A stretch of 64,000 bases of DNA from Pseudomonadota bacterium. Lineage in GTDB: Bacteria > Pseudomonadota > Alphaproteobacteria > Rhodobacterales > Rhodobacteraceae. The translations under genes were made by a program, and so were the position numbers. The first letter of the stretch is position 1; each line of letters opens with the position of its first letter. The stretch is taken from positions 402-64,401 of the forward strand of contig JBCDBB010000001.1 of the NCBI GenBank assembly GCA_039184415.1, read 5' to 3'. Below, in pieces: positions 28,207 through 39,346 of this stretch. The notes under the pieces are model-generated. The model searched no databases. It had not been told where the DNA came from and worked only from the letters and a program-made list of their open reading frames with translations.

Positions 28207-28282
28207 TGGTGAGCCGTGCAGGATTCGAACCTGCGACCCACTGATTAAAAGTCAGTTGCTCTACCAACTGAGCTAACGGCCC
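28207..28282 (-). tRNA. tRNA-Lys (anticodon UUU), CCA encoded
   Basis: The reverse complement GGGCCGTTAGCTCAGTTGGTAGAGCAACTGACTTTTAATCAGTGGGTCGCAGGTTCGAATCCTGCACGGCTCACCA folds as a cloverleaf. Anticodon loop cuUUUaa. Confidence 0.95.
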
Positions 28283-28362
28283 ACGCACGCGGGCTGCCTT
28301 ACAAACAGCACTCTGCTTGGTCAAGGGCACCGCAGGGGAAAAACCTCTCTGGGCTGGATTTC

Positions 28363-29235
28363 GTGGCAATGGGCGGTTACATGCGCGCCATGTTCGCAAC
28401 GTCTCCTCCCAAGGGCCTGCCCTTCCTGAAAATGCACGGGCTCGGCAATGATTTCGTCGTCCTGGACAGCCGGGGCGGCGCGGCGGTTACGACGCCTGCG
28501 CTGGCGCAGCGGGTCGGCGACCGGCATTTCGGCGTGGGGTTTGATCAGCTCGCCGAGATCCGTGATGGAAACGGCGCGGACGCGGACATCCAGCTCGATT
28601 TCTGGAATACTGACGGTACCCGAGCGGGCGCGTGCGGCAACGCGACAAGATGCGTTGCGGACCTGATTATGGCCGAGAGCGCCCGGGACAGGCTCGCGAT
28701 CCGTACGTCGCGTGGAGTGCTCGCCGCCGAGCGCTGTGCCGACGGTCGTGTATCGGTGAACATGGGCCTGCCACAAATGCAAGCGGTGGAGATCCCGCTG
28801 GCTCCGGAGACCGATCCGTCCGCGCTGCCTCTCGAAGGCGCCCCGTTCGCGGTCGGCATGGGCAATCCGCACTGCGTCTTTTTTGTACCCGACGCTGATT
28901 GCGTCGACCCCGCGGAGCGCGGCCCCGTGATCGAAACCGATCCGCTCTTTCCCGAACGCACGAATGTGGAGTTCGTCTCGCTCCGGCCCGATGGCAGCCT
29001 GCGCTTGCGGGTCTGGGAGCGCGGCGTTGGCGTAACGCTCGCCTGCGGCTCGGGTGCATGTGCCGCGGCTGTGGCTGCGCAGGCACGGGGGATCGTTTCG
29101 GGCCCCGTGCGCATTCATCTCGACGGCGGCGCGCTGGATATCGACCCGCGCGAGGACGGTGTCTGGATGACAGGGCCGGTCGCGCGCGTGTTTTCCGGCT
29201 GGCTCGACCCGGCAATACTAGGAGCGGCGTCGTGA
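28363..29235 (+). CDS. dapF: Diaminopimelate epimerase
   Basis: [23 protein letters not shown] and [12 protein letters not shown] active-site Cys motifs. The true start may be one of the ATGs at 28381 or 28390. Confidence 0.9.
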   Translation: MAMGGYMRAMFATSPPKGLPFLKMHGLGNDFVVLDSRGGAAVTTPALAQRVGDRHFGVGFDQLAEIRDGNGADADIQLDFWNTDGTRAGACGNATRCVADLIMAESARDRLAIRTSRGVLAAERCADGRVSVNMGLPQMQAVEIPLAPETDPSALPLEGAPFAVGMGNPHCVFFVPDADCVDPAERGPVIETDPLFPERTNVEFVSLRPDGSLRLRVWERGVGVTLACGSGACAAAVAAQARGIVSGPVRIHLDGGALDIDPREDGVWMTGPVARVFSGWLDPAILGAAS

Positions 29236-30515
29236 GCGCACCGCCCCGCTTCACGACCTTCGGATGCCGTCTGAACGCCTACGAGACTGCGGCGATGACG
29301 GAGCTGGCCGAGACAGCGGGGCTGCGTGACGCGATCGTGGTCAATACCTGCGCGGTAACGGCCGAGGCGGTGCGCAAAGGCAAGCAGGAGATCCGCAAGC
29401 TCAAACGCGCAAACCCTGAATCCGAAGTCATCGTCACAGGCTGCGCGGCGCAGACCGATCCGCAGGCTTTCGCGGCAATGCCGGAGGTGGCCCGCGTCAT
29501 CGGCAATGCCGAAAAGATGCGTGCGGAGACTTGGGAGGCGCTCGCCGCCCCGGACTTGATCGGCGAGACCGAGCGCGTGCAGGTCGACGACATCATGTCG
29601 GTTCGGGCCACGGCCGGGCATCTGATCGACGGGTTCGGCATGCGGGCGCGGGCCTATGTACAGGTTCAGAATGGCTGCGACCACCGCTGCACCTTCTGCA
29701 TCATTCCCTATGGTCGGGGCAATTCGCGCTCCGTTCCCGCAGGCGTCGTGGTCGAGCAGATCGCACGCCTCGTCGACCGCGGCTATAATGAAGTCGTTCT
29801 GACCGGTGTTGATCTGACGAGCTGGGGGTCCGATCTGCCCGGCAGGCCTAGGCTGGGCGATCTGGTGCGGCGGATCCTGAAGCTGGTACCGGATCTGCCA
29901 CGGCTACGAATCTCATCCATCGACTCGATTGAGGCCGATCCCGCGCTGATGGAGGCGCTCGCCACTGAGCGGCGGCTGATGCCTCATCTGCATCTGAGCC
30001 TGCAGGCTGGCGACGATATGATCCTGAAGCGGATGAAACGGCGGCACCTGCGCGACGACGCAATCCGCTTTTGTGCTGACGCGCGGACGCTGCGCCCCGA
30101 CATCGTTTTCGGTGCGGACATCATCGCCGGCTTTCCGACCGAAACCGAGGCCATGTTCGAGGCGTCGCTGGCGTTGGTGGAAGAGTGCGGGCTGACCTGG
30201 CTCCATGTCTTTCCCTACTCGCCGCGCGCTGGCACCCCGGCGGCGCGCATGCCCCAGGTGGCCGGTAGCACGATCCGCGCACGGGCGGCGCGGCTGCGCG
30301 CGGCCGGCGGCGCTTGCGTGGCACTCCACCTGGCGGCACAGCGCGGGCGGACGCACCGGGTTCTGATGGAAACCGCGCGCATTGGCCGGACCGAACAGTT
30401 CACGCCGGTGCATCTCGATGGCGATGCGCCCGTCGGCAGCATCCAGACCCTGAGCATTCAGGGCAGTGACGTGGATGCGCTCCACGCCAAGTACCGCACG
30501 GAGGCCGCGGCATGA
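29232..30515 (+). CDS. mtaB: tRNA methylthiotransferase MtaB (MiaB-like radical SAM)
   Basis: GTG overlaps the dapF stop. [12 protein letters not shown], radical-SAM [20 protein letters not shown]-terminus. Confidence 0.85.
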   Translation: MSAPPRFTTFGCRLNAYETAAMTELAETAGLRDAIVVNTCAVTAEAVRKGKQEIRKLKRANPESEVIVTGCAAQTDPQAFAAMPEVARVIGNAEKMRAETWEALAAPDLIGETERVQVDDIMSVRATAGHLIDGFGMRARAYVQVQNGCDHRCTFCIIPYGRGNSRSVPAGVVVEQIARLVDRGYNEVVLTGVDLTSWGSDLPGRPRLGDLVRRILKLVPDLPRLRISSIDSIEADPALMEALATERRLMPHLHLSLQAGDDMILKRMKRRHLRDDAIRFCADARTLRPDIVFGADIIAGFPTETEAMFEASLALVEECGLTWLHVFPYSPRAGTPAARMPQVAGSTIRARAARLRAAGGACVALHLAAQRGRTHRVLMETARIGRTEQFTPVHLDGDAPVGSIQTLSIQGSDVDALHAKYRTEAAA

Positions 30516-31135
30516 CGAACCTGACGCTCTACTACGGACCGACCTCGCCCTATGTGCGCAAGGTCATGATCGTCCTGTACGAAACCGATCAACTGGACGA
30601 CATCATGATAAAGACCACGACGGGCACACCGCTGGACAGCGCGCGCATGCCGCTTTCGCAAAACCCGCTGGGCAAGGTCCCGGTGCTCGAACGCTCCGAC
30701 GGCCCCGCGATCATCGACAGCCGGGTAATCTGCCGCTATCTCGACGCGCGCGCCAATGCGCGGCTCTATCCCGAAGGCGAGACGCTGTGGTCGGTGCTCA
30801 CGCTCGAAGCTCTCGCAGAAGGGATCCTCGATGCGGCGCTGCAGATGACCTATGAAACGCGGCTGCGCCCCGAGGAGATGCGCATTGAGGCGATTGTCGA
30901 CGGGCTTTGGGCAAAGATCGACCGCACTGTCGCGATGATTGAGACCCGATGGATGGGACATCTGGCCGGGCGCTTCGGCATCGGCCATATCGCGGTGGGT
31001 TCTGCGCTCGGCTATCTCGACCTGCGCCTTGATGCTCGTGGATGGCGCACCGGGGCACCGGCGCTTGCGGCATGGTACGAAGAGATCAAGGCGCGCCCGT
31101 CCTTCGTCGCCACGGCCCCACCAGCCGACGCCTGA
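30512..31135 (+). CDS. Glutathione S-transferase family protein
   Basis: ATGA overlap with mtaB. LTLYYGPTSPYVRKVMIVL N-terminal thioredoxin-like fold. Confidence 0.8.
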   Translation: MTNLTLYYGPTSPYVRKVMIVLYETDQLDDIMIKTTTGTPLDSARMPLSQNPLGKVPVLERSDGPAIIDSRVICRYLDARANARLYPEGETLWSVLTLEALAEGILDAALQMTYETRLRPEEMRIEAIVDGLWAKIDRTVAMIETRWMGHLAGRFGIGHIAVGSALGYLDLRLDARGWRTGAPALAAWYEEIKARPSFVATAPPADA

Positions 31136-31191
31136 GCCCTACGCCGCACTCTTCAGCCTTGTTAGCGACCGTCCGTCCGGTCAGTCGCCGC

Positions 31192-31869
31192 TCAGAAGTT
31201 GAAGCTTACGCCGACATTGAGCGCGTTGGTAACGATGTTGGTATCGAGCGACCCGCCATTGTCCAGATCGGCGCTGTTCTGCGAGTAGGTGCCCTTGTAC
31301 TCACCATACACGGACCAGCGTTCGGCGAACGGGTAGCTCACACCCGCAACCCAGGCCACGGCCGGGCCGGTGAACTGAAAGCCGAACGTTCTTCCGCCGG
31401 CGGACTCCACATCGACGTGCGGTACGGACACGCCGAGGCCCGCACCAACATAGGGTGTCCAACGCCGCTCCTCGCTCGGGAACCGGCGCATCAGGTTGAC
31501 TGTGAGGATGTTCAGACCGTCGGTGAGTTCCAGGCTCTCGAAACCTTGTTCACGAAGGTCCTGATCACTTGCGTAGACCTTGTTGTGCACGAAATCGAGG
31601 GCGAGTCCGTAAACTCCGCTGTTGCGCCACCAGATACCACGAGCCCCCCAATAGGGCGGCGCTTCGAAAGAGCGACCCTCCCAGGCTGCGGTAAAGTCAA
31701 AGACACCTGCGCCACCGGGGTCGAACCCGGAAACGTTGCTGTGCGGTGCAGTTTGCCAGCCTGTGTAAAAGCTGACCTCGAACTCGTCGGCCGATGCCGC
31801 CCGCGGAAGGGCCGTTGCAAGGACCAGGGCGCACAGGGTGATCAGCAGTCGGGTCATGGGGTATCTCAA
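31192..31869 (-). CDS. Outer-membrane beta-barrel protein (OmpW/OmpA-beta-barrel-like)
   Basis: Signal peptide, alternating beta-strand pattern, C-terminal ...NVGVSFNF. Alternative start at 31857. Confidence 0.7.
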   Translation of the reverse strand: MRYPMTRLLITLCALVLATALPRAASADEFEVSFYTGWQTAPHSNVSGFDPGGAGVFDFTAAWEGRSFEAPPYWGARGIWWRNSGVYGLALDFVHNKVYASDQDLREQGFESLELTDGLNILTVNLMRRFPSEERRWTPYVGAGLGVSVPHVDVESAGGRTFGFQFTGPAVAWVAGVSYPFAERWSVYGEYKGTYSQNSADLDNGGSLDTNIVTNALNVGVSFNF

Positions 31870-32195
31870 CTCCAGAAAAATGGGTGTGCGGGCATTGCAG
31901 ACGAAAGTTCGGGCGCTGCACTCGACACTGCGCGAAACTGGTAACGTAATTCCTAAACCCCGTCCACCGGACCAGACCTCACAAACGGCTCAGTGCGGCA
32001 CCGCGGCATCATGTTGGGTCTGACCCCGCGCGCTGCAAGTCGTCGGACCCGTGTGCGTCGTTTCGCCTCTCCCTTGATCCATTGATTTCTGGACGCCCTC
32101 GCTGTGCAACCCTAGTTACACCCCAATGCGTTTAGGCGACCCTTGCGAAGTGCCTAATTCGTCAGCTGCTGCTAGCAAAGCAATGGAGAGTTCTT

Positions 32196-32756
32196 GTGTC
32201 CGATGCAGACCACCAAGAAGGGACCCGACGGGATTTCCTATATTACGCCACTGCGGGCGCGGGCACGGTCGTAGCCGGCGCGGCCATCTGGCCGCTTGTG
32301 AATCAAATGAACCCGAGCGCCGATGTACAGGCGCTGTCCTCGATCCGCGTGGATGTCTCCGGCGTTGAGACCGGAACGCAACTCACCGTGAAATGGCTTG
32401 GAAAACCGGTATTTATCCGCCGCCGCACCGAAGAAGAGATCACCGCAGCCCAGGACGTAGACCTGTCGAGCCTGATCGACAATAATGACCGTAATGCCAA
32501 CAAGCCCGGGCTCGATGCTGCCGACGAAAACCGCACGCTGAGCGAAGATGGCGAATGGCTCGTGATGATCGGTGTCTGCACCCATCTGGGGTGCGTTCCG
32601 ATCGGCGACGGCGCAGGCGATTTCGGCGGCTGGTTCTGCCCCTGTCACGGGTCGCACTATGACACATCGGGCCGCATCCGCAGGGGCCCTGCCCCTGAGA
32701 ACCTGCCGATTCCGATCGCGGAGTTCACCGACGAACAAACAATAAAGCTCGGGTAA
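32196..32756 (+). CDS. petA: Ubiquinol-cytochrome c reductase Rieske iron-sulfur subunit
   Basis: CTHLGCVP and CPCHGSHYD. Near-collinear with Rhodobacter PetA. GTG start. Confidence 0.95.
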   Translation: MSDADHQEGTRRDFLYYATAGAGTVVAGAAIWPLVNQMNPSADVQALSSIRVDVSGVETGTQLTVKWLGKPVFIRRRTEEEITAAQDVDLSSLIDNNDRNANKPGLDAADENRTLSEDGEWLVMIGVCTHLGCVPIGDGAGDFGGWFCPCHGSHYDTSGRIRRGPAPENLPIPIAEFTDEQTIKLG

Positions 32757-32770
32757 GGGAGAGAGGAGAC

Positions 32771-34120
32771 ATGTCTGGAATTCCTCACGATCACTACGAG
32801 CCCAAGACCGGCGCCGAGAAGTGGCTTCACTCTCGCCTTCCGATCGTCGGGCTCATGTACGACACGATCATGATCCCCACGCCCAAGAATTTGAACTGGA
32901 TGTGGATCTGGGGCATTGTGCTGACCTTCTGCCTGGTGCTTCAGATCGTCACCGGCATCGTTCTGGTGATGCACTACACGCCTGATACGGCCCTTGCCTT
33001 CGCCAGTGTCGAGCACATCATGCGCGACGTGAATGGCGGGCATATGCTGCGCTATCTGCACCAGAATGGCGCCTCGCTCTTCTTCGTGGCGGTCTATCTG
33101 CACATCTTCCGGGGTCTCTTCTATGGCTCCTACAAAGAGCCGCGCGAGATCACCTGGATCATCGGCATGCTGATCTACCTGTTGATGATGGCGACGGCCT
33201 TTATGGGCTACGTGCTGCCCTGGGGCCAGATGTCCTTCTGGGGCGCAACGGTGATCACGGGTCTGTTCGGTGCCATTCCGTTCATTGGGGACTCGCTGCA
33301 GACGTGGCTGCTTGGCGGACCGGCGGTGGACAATGCCACGCTGACACGCTTCTTCTCTCTGCATTACCTGCTGCCCTTTGTCATCGCAGCACTGGTGGCG
33401 GTGCATATCTGGGCCTTCCACACCACGGGCAACAACAACCCCACCGGGGTCGAGGTGCGCCGCACTTCGAAGGCCGACGCCGAGAAAGACACCCTGCCCT
33501 TCTGGCCCTATTTCGTGATCAAGGACCTCTTCGCGCTGGCCGTGATCCTGCTGGTCTTCTTTGCCATCGTGGGCTTCATGCCGAACTATCTCGGCCACCC
33601 GGACAACTATATCGAAGCCAACCCGCTGGTGACGCCGGCGCACATCGTGCCCGAATGGTACTTCCTGCCCTTCTACGCGATCCTGCGTGCATTCGACACC
33701 GAGGTCTGGCTCGTACAGCTCGTGCACTGGCTGAGCTTCGGCATCATCGACGCCAAGTTCTTCGGCGTGCTGGCGATGTTCGGTGCGATCGTCGTGATGG
33801 CGCTGGCGCCCTGGCTCGACACCTCGTCGGTCCGCTCCGGGCGCTACCGCCCGATGTTCAAGATTTGGTTCTGGCTGCTCTGCGTCGACTTCATGATCCT
33901 GATGTGGGTGGGTGCGATGCCGGCCGAAGGGATCTATCCCTACATCGCGCTCGCAGCGTCGACCTACTGGTTCGCGTACTTCCTGGTCATCCTGCCGCTT
34001 CTGGGCGTGATCGAGAAACCGCTGCCCCAGGTCGAAACGATCGAGCAGGATTTCATCGAACATTACGGCAAGGCCAAGGATACCGCTTCGGGCGGCACCG
34101 TGGCCACACCGGCTGAGTGA
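32771..34120 (+). CDS. petB: Cytochrome b
   Basis: Classic cytochrome b sequence ([27 protein letters not shown]...). Confidence 0.95.
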   Translation: MSGIPHDHYEPKTGAEKWLHSRLPIVGLMYDTIMIPTPKNLNWMWIWGIVLTFCLVLQIVTGIVLVMHYTPDTALAFASVEHIMRDVNGGHMLRYLHQNGASLFFVAVYLHIFRGLFYGSYKEPREITWIIGMLIYLLMMATAFMGYVLPWGQMSFWGATVITGLFGAIPFIGDSLQTWLLGGPAVDNATLTRFFSLHYLLPFVIAALVAVHIWAFHTTGNNNPTGVEVRRTSKADAEKDTLPFWPYFVIKDLFALAVILLVFFAIVGFMPNYLGHPDNYIEANPLVTPAHIVPEWYFLPFYAILRAFDTEVWLVQLVHWLSFGIIDAKFFGVLAMFGAIVVMALAPWLDTSSVRSGRYRPMFKIWFWLLCVDFMILMWVGAMPAEGIYPYIALAASTYWFAYFLVILPLLGVIEKPLPQVETIEQDFIEHYGKAKDTASGGTVATPAE

Positions 34121-34134
34121 AGAAAGGACGCGTG

Positions 34135-34950
34135 ATGATCACGACGCTCAAACGCGCCGCAATCGTGCTTGCCTTTTCGGCAAGCTCTGCCCTCGCAGCC
34201 GGCGGTGGCGGCCATGTCGAGGATTTCAACTTCTCGTTCGAGGGGCCGTTCGGGACCTACGACCAGAACCAGCTCCAGCGCGGCCTACAGGTCTATACCG
34301 AGGTTTGTTCGGCCTGCCACGGGCTGAAGTTTCTGCCCTACCGCGCTCTGGGCTATGAGGGCGGACCGCACCTGCCGGAGGATCAGGTGCGCGCCTATGC
34401 GGCCCAATTCGAAGTGTTCGATCCCGAAATCGATGACTGGCGACCCGCCGTTCCCACCGACTACTTTGCCGAGAGCGGCGTGGAAAACGCCCCCGACCTG
34501 ACCCTTATGGCCAAGGCGCGGGCGGGCTTTCACGGGCCCTACGGCACCGGGATCAGTCAGCTCTTCAACGGTATCGGCGGGCCGGAATACATCGCCTCGC
34601 TGCTGACCGGCTACACCGGCAGCGAACGCGAGGAAGCCGGTGCCGTGCTCTATGGCAACGATGCCTATGGCGGCTACCTGGCCATGGGTCCTCCGCTCTG
34701 GGGCGACGATGTGGAGTATGCCGACGGCACACCGGCCACCATCGAACAGCAGTCGGAAGACGTCGCAGCCTTCCTGATGTGGGCCGCCGAACCCAAGATG
34801 ATGGCGCGCAAACAGGCCGGACTGACTGCGGTGATCTTCCTCACGGTCCTGTCGGTTCTGCTGTATCTGACCAACAAGCGAATCTGGGCGCCGGTGAAGC
34901 GCGAGGCCAAAGAAGCCGCCGCGCGCGGCGTGAAGACCCCCGCGGAATAG
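34135..34950 (+). CDS. petC: Cytochrome c1
   Basis: CSACHGL haem motif and a C-terminal TM anchor. Start chosen at MITTLK (AAAGGA upstream). The ORF track starts at GTG 34117. Confidence 0.9.
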   Translation: MITTLKRAAIVLAFSASSALAAGGGGHVEDFNFSFEGPFGTYDQNQLQRGLQVYTEVCSACHGLKFLPYRALGYEGGPHLPEDQVRAYAAQFEVFDPEIDDWRPAVPTDYFAESGVENAPDLTLMAKARAGFHGPYGTGISQLFNGIGGPEYIASLLTGYTGSEREEAGAVLYGNDAYGGYLAMGPPLWGDDVEYADGTPATIEQQSEDVAAFLMWAAEPKMMARKQAGLTAVIFLTVLSVLLYLTNKRIWAPVKREAKEAAARGVKTPAE

Positions 34951-34972
34951 GCTCCAGCGCAACGACAAAAGG

Positions 34973-35007
34973 AAAACGGCGTGCCTCGGGCGCGCCGTTT
35001 TTCGTTT
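34973..35007 (+). terminator. Rho-independent terminator of petABC
   Basis: AAAACGGCGTGCC-tcg-GGCGCGCCGTTTT plus a T-rich tail. Confidence 0.8.
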
Positions 35008-35036
35008 GGATCTGATGGGTCTGGACCCCGGCAGAA

Positions 35037-35555
35037 TCACACGATCCGTTGGTCCAACTCCGCCGGGTCCCCGACCTCCACTTGCCAGTAGTCCGCGGCG
35101 CCCTCTGGCAGCCGCGCCAGCACACGGTCGAGGGCGCGCTGATCGACGCAGCGGCGCACCGCCCAGGCGGTATCCGTGATCGCACTCTTCGGGGTCAGGT
35201 TATGGTGCGGGCGCACCGCCTGGACCTCACGGGTCAGTGTCCGGCGGTCCGCAAACGGAGTCGGATACTCCGCCGGAGTCCAGTCCTTGACGAACATCGC
35301 CCGCAACACCGATGGCAGGACGCTCGCGAAGGCCAGCCCCTGCTCCGCGGTCAGGCGGCGGCGAAAGACCTGGAACACGCCATCGACCGCCGTGTAGACC
35401 ATGTTGTCGGATGCCAACCCCATCCGCGCACGGACATCGTCGAGAAAAGCCGAAAACTCCTTGGAGGCATGCCGGTAGGTCCAGGGCATCGGCATGGAGA
35501 TCGGTCCGTTCCTTGTGTGAGCAGCGTCCGCCTCATCTATGTCGCCGTACGCCAT
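35037..35555 (-). CDS. DUF2267-like hypothetical protein
   Basis: Clean ORF. Family assignment is by recollection of the pattern only. Confidence 0.5.
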   Translation of the reverse strand: MAYGDIDEADAAHTRNGPISMPMPWTYRHASKEFSAFLDDVRARMGLASDNMVYTAVDGVFQVFRRRLTAEQGLAFASVLPSVLRAMFVKDWTPAEYPTPFADRRTLTREVQAVRPHHNLTPKSAITDTAWAVRRCVDQRALDRVLARLPEGAADYWQVEVGDPAELDQRIV

Positions 35556-35639
35556 TTGTCACCGGGGCGGCTTGGGGATAGCTCTTGAGACCGGACTGCG
35601 CCCCAAGTAGACCCACCCGGTCACTGCGAGGTCCGTCCC

Positions 35640-36743
35640 ATGTCGCTCAACAGCTTCGGCCATCTCTTCCGCGTCACCACCTGGGGCGAAAGCCACGGGC
35701 CCGCGCTCGGGGCGACAGTGGACGGCTGCCCGCCGGGAGTGCCGGTCACGGCTGACGCGATTCAGCACTGGCTCGACCGCCGCAAGCCCGGGCAAAGCAA
35801 ATACACCACCCAGAGGCGGGAACCCGATGCGGTCGAGATTCTGTCAGGCGTCTTTGAGGGTCTGAGCACCGGAACGCCGATCCAGCTGATGATCCGCAAC
35901 ATGGATCAGCGCAGCAAGGATTATGGCGACATCGCCGAGAAATTCCGCCCCGGCCATGCCGACATCACCTACTGGCAGAAATACGGCATCCGCGACTATC
36001 GGGGCGGCGGACGATCCTCGGCCCGCGAAACCGCCGCGCGAGTGGCCGCGGGCGGGGTGGCGCGCGCGGCGCTCGCAGAACTGCTGCCGGACGTCGCGAT
36101 CACCGGGTGCATGGTGCAGATGGGCCCCCATGCCATCGACCGCGCCCGCTGGGATGACGCAGAGATCGGCCAAAATCCCTTCTGGGTTCCCGACGCGAAG
36201 GCGGCCGAGGACTGGGCCGGCTATCTCGACGGGCTGCGCAAGTCGGGCGACAGCGTCGGCGCAGTGATCGAGGTCCTCGCCAAGGGCATCCCCCCTGGGC
36301 TCGGCGCACCGGTCTATGGCAAGCTGGACACCGATCTGGCCGCCGCGATGATGAGCATCAATGCCGTCAAGGGTGTGGAGATCGGAGATGGCATGGCCGC
36401 GGCCGCCCTTACCGGGAGCGCCAATGCCGATGAAATCACGATGGGTCCCGACGGGCCCCTCTACAGCTCCAACCATGCCGGCGGGATTCTGGGCGGCATT
36501 TCCACCGGCCAGGAGGTCGTCGTGCGCTTCGCGGTCAAGCCGACCTCCTCGATCCTGACACCGCGCAAGACCATCACGAAATCCGGCGAGGAGACCGAGA
36601 TCGTCACCAAGGGACGGCACGACCCCTGCGTCGGGATCCGCGCCGTGCCGGTGGGCGAGGCGATGATGGCCTGCGTGCTGCTCGACCACTATCTGCTCCA
36701 TCGCGGGCAGGTCGGCCACGGTCCGCGCGGACGGATCGGCTAA
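35640..36743 (+). CDS. aroC: Chorismate synthase
   Basis: [33 protein letters not shown]. Confidence 0.95.
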   Translation: MSLNSFGHLFRVTTWGESHGPALGATVDGCPPGVPVTADAIQHWLDRRKPGQSKYTTQRREPDAVEILSGVFEGLSTGTPIQLMIRNMDQRSKDYGDIAEKFRPGHADITYWQKYGIRDYRGGGRSSARETAARVAAGGVARAALAELLPDVAITGCMVQMGPHAIDRARWDDAEIGQNPFWVPDAKAAEDWAGYLDGLRKSGDSVGAVIEVLAKGIPPGLGAPVYGKLDTDLAAAMMSINAVKGVEIGDGMAAAALTGSANADEITMGPDGPLYSSNHAGGILGGISTGQEVVVRFAVKPTSSILTPRKTITKSGEETEIVTKGRHDPCVGIRAVPVGEAMMACVLLDHYLLHRGQVGHGPRGRIG

Positions 36744-36775
36744 GGCCCGTCACACCTGCCGGGCCGCACGCCTCA

Positions 36776-37189
36776 TCAGGAGGTGGTCAGCCCCAGATCC
36801 ATCAGCGCCTTGATATCTTCGCGCCGCGGGTTCGCCACCACCCGGCCAAGCTCCTGATCTCCGCGGAGTACGATCAGGGTCGAACGGCGCGGCACGTTCA
36901 GGCGAGCAACGATGTCCGAACCTTTCCATTCGTCCCAGTCCACATCGATAAAGGTGATGCGTTCGACATAGGCCGGGTTCTCGGCCTTAAGCGCCTCGAT
37001 TTGCCGCCCCTGGGCACGACAGGTGGTGCACCAGCTGGCCTTGAAATCGAGAAACACCGTGTCCCCCGCGGCCAGCCGTTCCGTCACCAGACCAGGTTGG
37101 TAGGCCAGCGCGCCGGACCCGGCACGGGCCGGCAGGGCCGCGACAGCGGCGACGGCCGTGGCGGCGGTGAGAAAATGGCGACGATCCAT
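36776..37189 (-). CDS. Exported thioredoxin-family protein
   Basis: Tat-like MDRRHFLTAATAVAAVAAL signal. WCTTC active site. Confidence 0.8.
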   Translation of the reverse strand: MDRRHFLTAATAVAAVAALPARAGSGALAYQPGLVTERLAAGDTVFLDFKASWCTTCRAQGRQIEALKAENPAYVERITFIDVDWDEWKGSDIVARLNVPRRSTLIVLRGDQELGRVVANPRREDIKALMDLGLTTS

Positions 37190-37210
37190 GGGACAGCTCC
37201 TATTGCTGGA

Positions 37211-37933
37211 TCAGAGGGAAACGGACAGGTCCTGCAGCCACACCGGCATCACATCGAGCGCCCAGGCTTCGAGCCGGTAGTGCAGACCAAAGAGAATGGC
37301 GAAGCCGACTGCGACGAAGACCACACCGAGAATGGGCCGCGACGCCGTGGCGATCCGGTGCATCAACGCCTGGTTGCGCATCAGGGCCGCCCGTGCACCG
37401 TAGCCGATCGCGAGGATCAGCGTCGCCACTCCGAGCGCAAAAACCGCCATGATCGACCCGGCCTTGAACAGGCTCTCGCCCTGGCTGGCCAGCGCGATGG
37501 CCCCGCCCAGCGTCGGGCCGACACAGGGGCTCCAGACCGCGCCGAGCAGTAGACCGCCAAGAAACTGGCCCTTGAGGCTGGTATGGTCGAGACTGTCCAT
37601 GCGGGTGTCCGCGGCGCCAGCCGCCCCGGCCGTCACGGCGGCAAAACCAGCGGAAAAACGCGGCACCAGCAGCACCAGACCAAAGCCGATCATAACGACC
37701 GCACCGGCCTGCGCCACGGTTTCGGGCGAAAGCCCGACCAGATGCCCCGCCGCGGCCACGCCGACACCCAGGGCCACAAAGGAGATTCCCATGCCCGCGG
37801 CCAGCGCCACGGGTCCGAGCTTGTCAGCCTGCAGCGAACTGGCCAGCACAATGGGCAGAACGGGCAACACGCAGGGGTTGATCAGGGTCAGCAGACCGGC
37901 GGCATATGCAAAGATGTATTCCATGGCCATCAC
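37211..37933 (-). CDS. Cytochrome c biogenesis CcdA/DsbD-transmembrane-domain protein
   Basis: LINPCVLPVLPIV and SPCVGPTLG Cys-Pro motifs, 6 TM. Confidence 0.85.
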   Translation of the reverse strand: MMAMEYIFAYAAGLLTLINPCVLPVLPIVLASSLQADKLGPVALAAGMGISFVALGVGVAAAGHLVGLSPETVAQAGAVVMIGFGLVLLVPRFSAGFAAVTAGAAGAADTRMDSLDHTSLKGQFLGGLLLGAVWSPCVGPTLGGAIALASQGESLFKAGSIMAVFALGVATLILAIGYGARAALMRNQALMHRIATASRPILGVVFVAVGFAILFGLHYRLEAWALDVMPVWLQDLSVSL

Positions 37934-37992
37934 GTGGCATTGCCGTTGCGGAATGTCACATGACGTTCGGCTCGCCGGGACTCACATGCGCG

Positions 37993-38898
37993 TCAGCTGG
38001 TGCCCTCGCCCGCACGCGAGAGTTGCACCATCAGGATCCCGCCCGTCACGATCGCAACGCCGAGCAGGTCGAGCAGCGTGACCCGTTCCCCCAGCAACAA
38101 TGCCGCGATGAGCACACCGAAGACCGGGTTGAGAAAGTGAAAGGTCGCTGCGCGCACGGCCCCGATGCGGTTGACCAGCGCGAACCACACCACCGTCGCC
38201 GCGAGCCCCGGCACAAGGATCGTGTAGCTGAAGGCCAGTACCAGCGGTACCGAGAGCGCGACGTGATGGTCCTCGGTCAAGAGCACGACAGGCAGCAGCG
38301 CGGCGCCACCGACCAGCATCTGCAGCCCCACGACCATCAAGAGGTTGCCGCCCGACCCGGTGCTGCGCACCGTCAGCGTGGCCACCGCCAGCGCCGCCAC
38401 GCCGATCCCGCAATAGACGAGCCCCAGCGGATCGGCGCCGCCCGTGATCCGCGCGCCCAGGATCACGCAGACGCCGAGGAGTCCGGCGGCCAGCCCAGCC
38501 CAGCCCAGCAGTCGTATGCGCGCCCCGAAGAGCGCCCAGCCGAGTCCGGCTGCGATCAGCGGCATGGTCGAGGCGATGATCGCCGCCAGCGACGCCTCCA
38601 CGCTCTGCATGGCGACGAAGAAGAGGCCCAGATAGAGCGCGTTCTGGCATATCCCGAAGATCGCCACGGACCGCCATTGCCGGGCCGACAGCCGCCAGCT
38701 CTGCCCATAGAGCAGGCCCAACCCCACGGCGATCAGCCCCGACAGGGCAAAGCGCAGCGCCAGCGCCGACAGCGGCGGCGCGTCGGCCACGATGATCCGC
38801 GCCGACGAAAATGCCGACGACCACATGACGGCAAAGGCCAGCCCCATTCCGATGGCGCGCCAGTCCATGGCCCACTCCCACGAAAAAGGGCCGCGCAT
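37993..38898 (-). CDS. DMT (EamA) family transporter
   Basis: Ten-TM duplicated EamA pattern. Start uncertain. Confidence 0.75.
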   Translation of the reverse strand: MRGPFSWEWAMDWRAIGMGLAFAVMWSSAFSSARIIVADAPPLSALALRFALSGLIAVGLGLLYGQSWRLSARQWRSVAIFGICQNALYLGLFFVAMQSVEASLAAIIASTMPLIAAGLGWALFGARIRLLGWAGLAAGLLGVCVILGARITGGADPLGLVYCGIGVAALAVATLTVRSTGSGGNLLMVVGLQMLVGGAALLPVVLLTEDHHVALSVPLVLAFSYTILVPGLAATVVWFALVNRIGAVRAATFHFLNPVFGVLIAALLLGERVTLLDLLGVAIVTGGILMVQLSRAGEGTS

Positions 38899-38933
38899 CG
38901 CGACCCTTCGTACCAGTCCCGATTTACGGGATG

Positions 38934-39221
38934 TCAGACGTTAACGCTGTCCTTGAGCGGCTTGGCGATGGTCACCTTCACGACCTTGTCGGCGTCTTTC
39001 TTGATCTGCTCGCCGGTCTGGGGATTGCGGACCATGCGCTCGGGCCGCTCCCGGCAATAGAACTTGCCGATACCCGGGATCGTTACTGCACCGCCACCGC
39101 TGACTTCTTTGCTGATCACACCCGCAATCGCGTCCAGAGCGGCGCCCGCGGCTTTCTTGTCTGTACCCATTTCCTCAGCCAATGCTGCTACGAGCTGGGT
39201 CTTTGTCATCGGTTTGGTCAC
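38934..39221 (-). CDS. hup: HU-family DNA-binding protein
   Basis: MTKTQLVAALAEEMG...IPGIGKF...RNPQTGE. Confidence 0.9.
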   Translation of the reverse strand: MTKPMTKTQLVAALAEEMGTDKKAAGAALDAIAGVISKEVSGGGAVTIPGIGKFYCRERPERMVRNPQTGEQIKKDADKVVKVTIAKPLKDSVNV

Positions 39222-39346
39222 ATTTGCCTCCGTTTGTGCCTGTGTTTTTGGTTGGTTTGGCCACTTAACGGCAATCGAATCCCCGGCACAACGGCTGGAG
39301 CCTTGTTTTTAAGGGCTCAAGCGCGTTTTTTCGTAAAAAATCGGCC

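Noticed and set aside
28899-29231. N-terminal 111-codon extension of the mtaB ORF overlapping dapF
   Set aside because: The extension is Arg/Gly/Ala-rich out-of-frame dapF sequence. The conserved MtaB N-terminus begins at the GTG at 29232, which overlaps the dapF stop.
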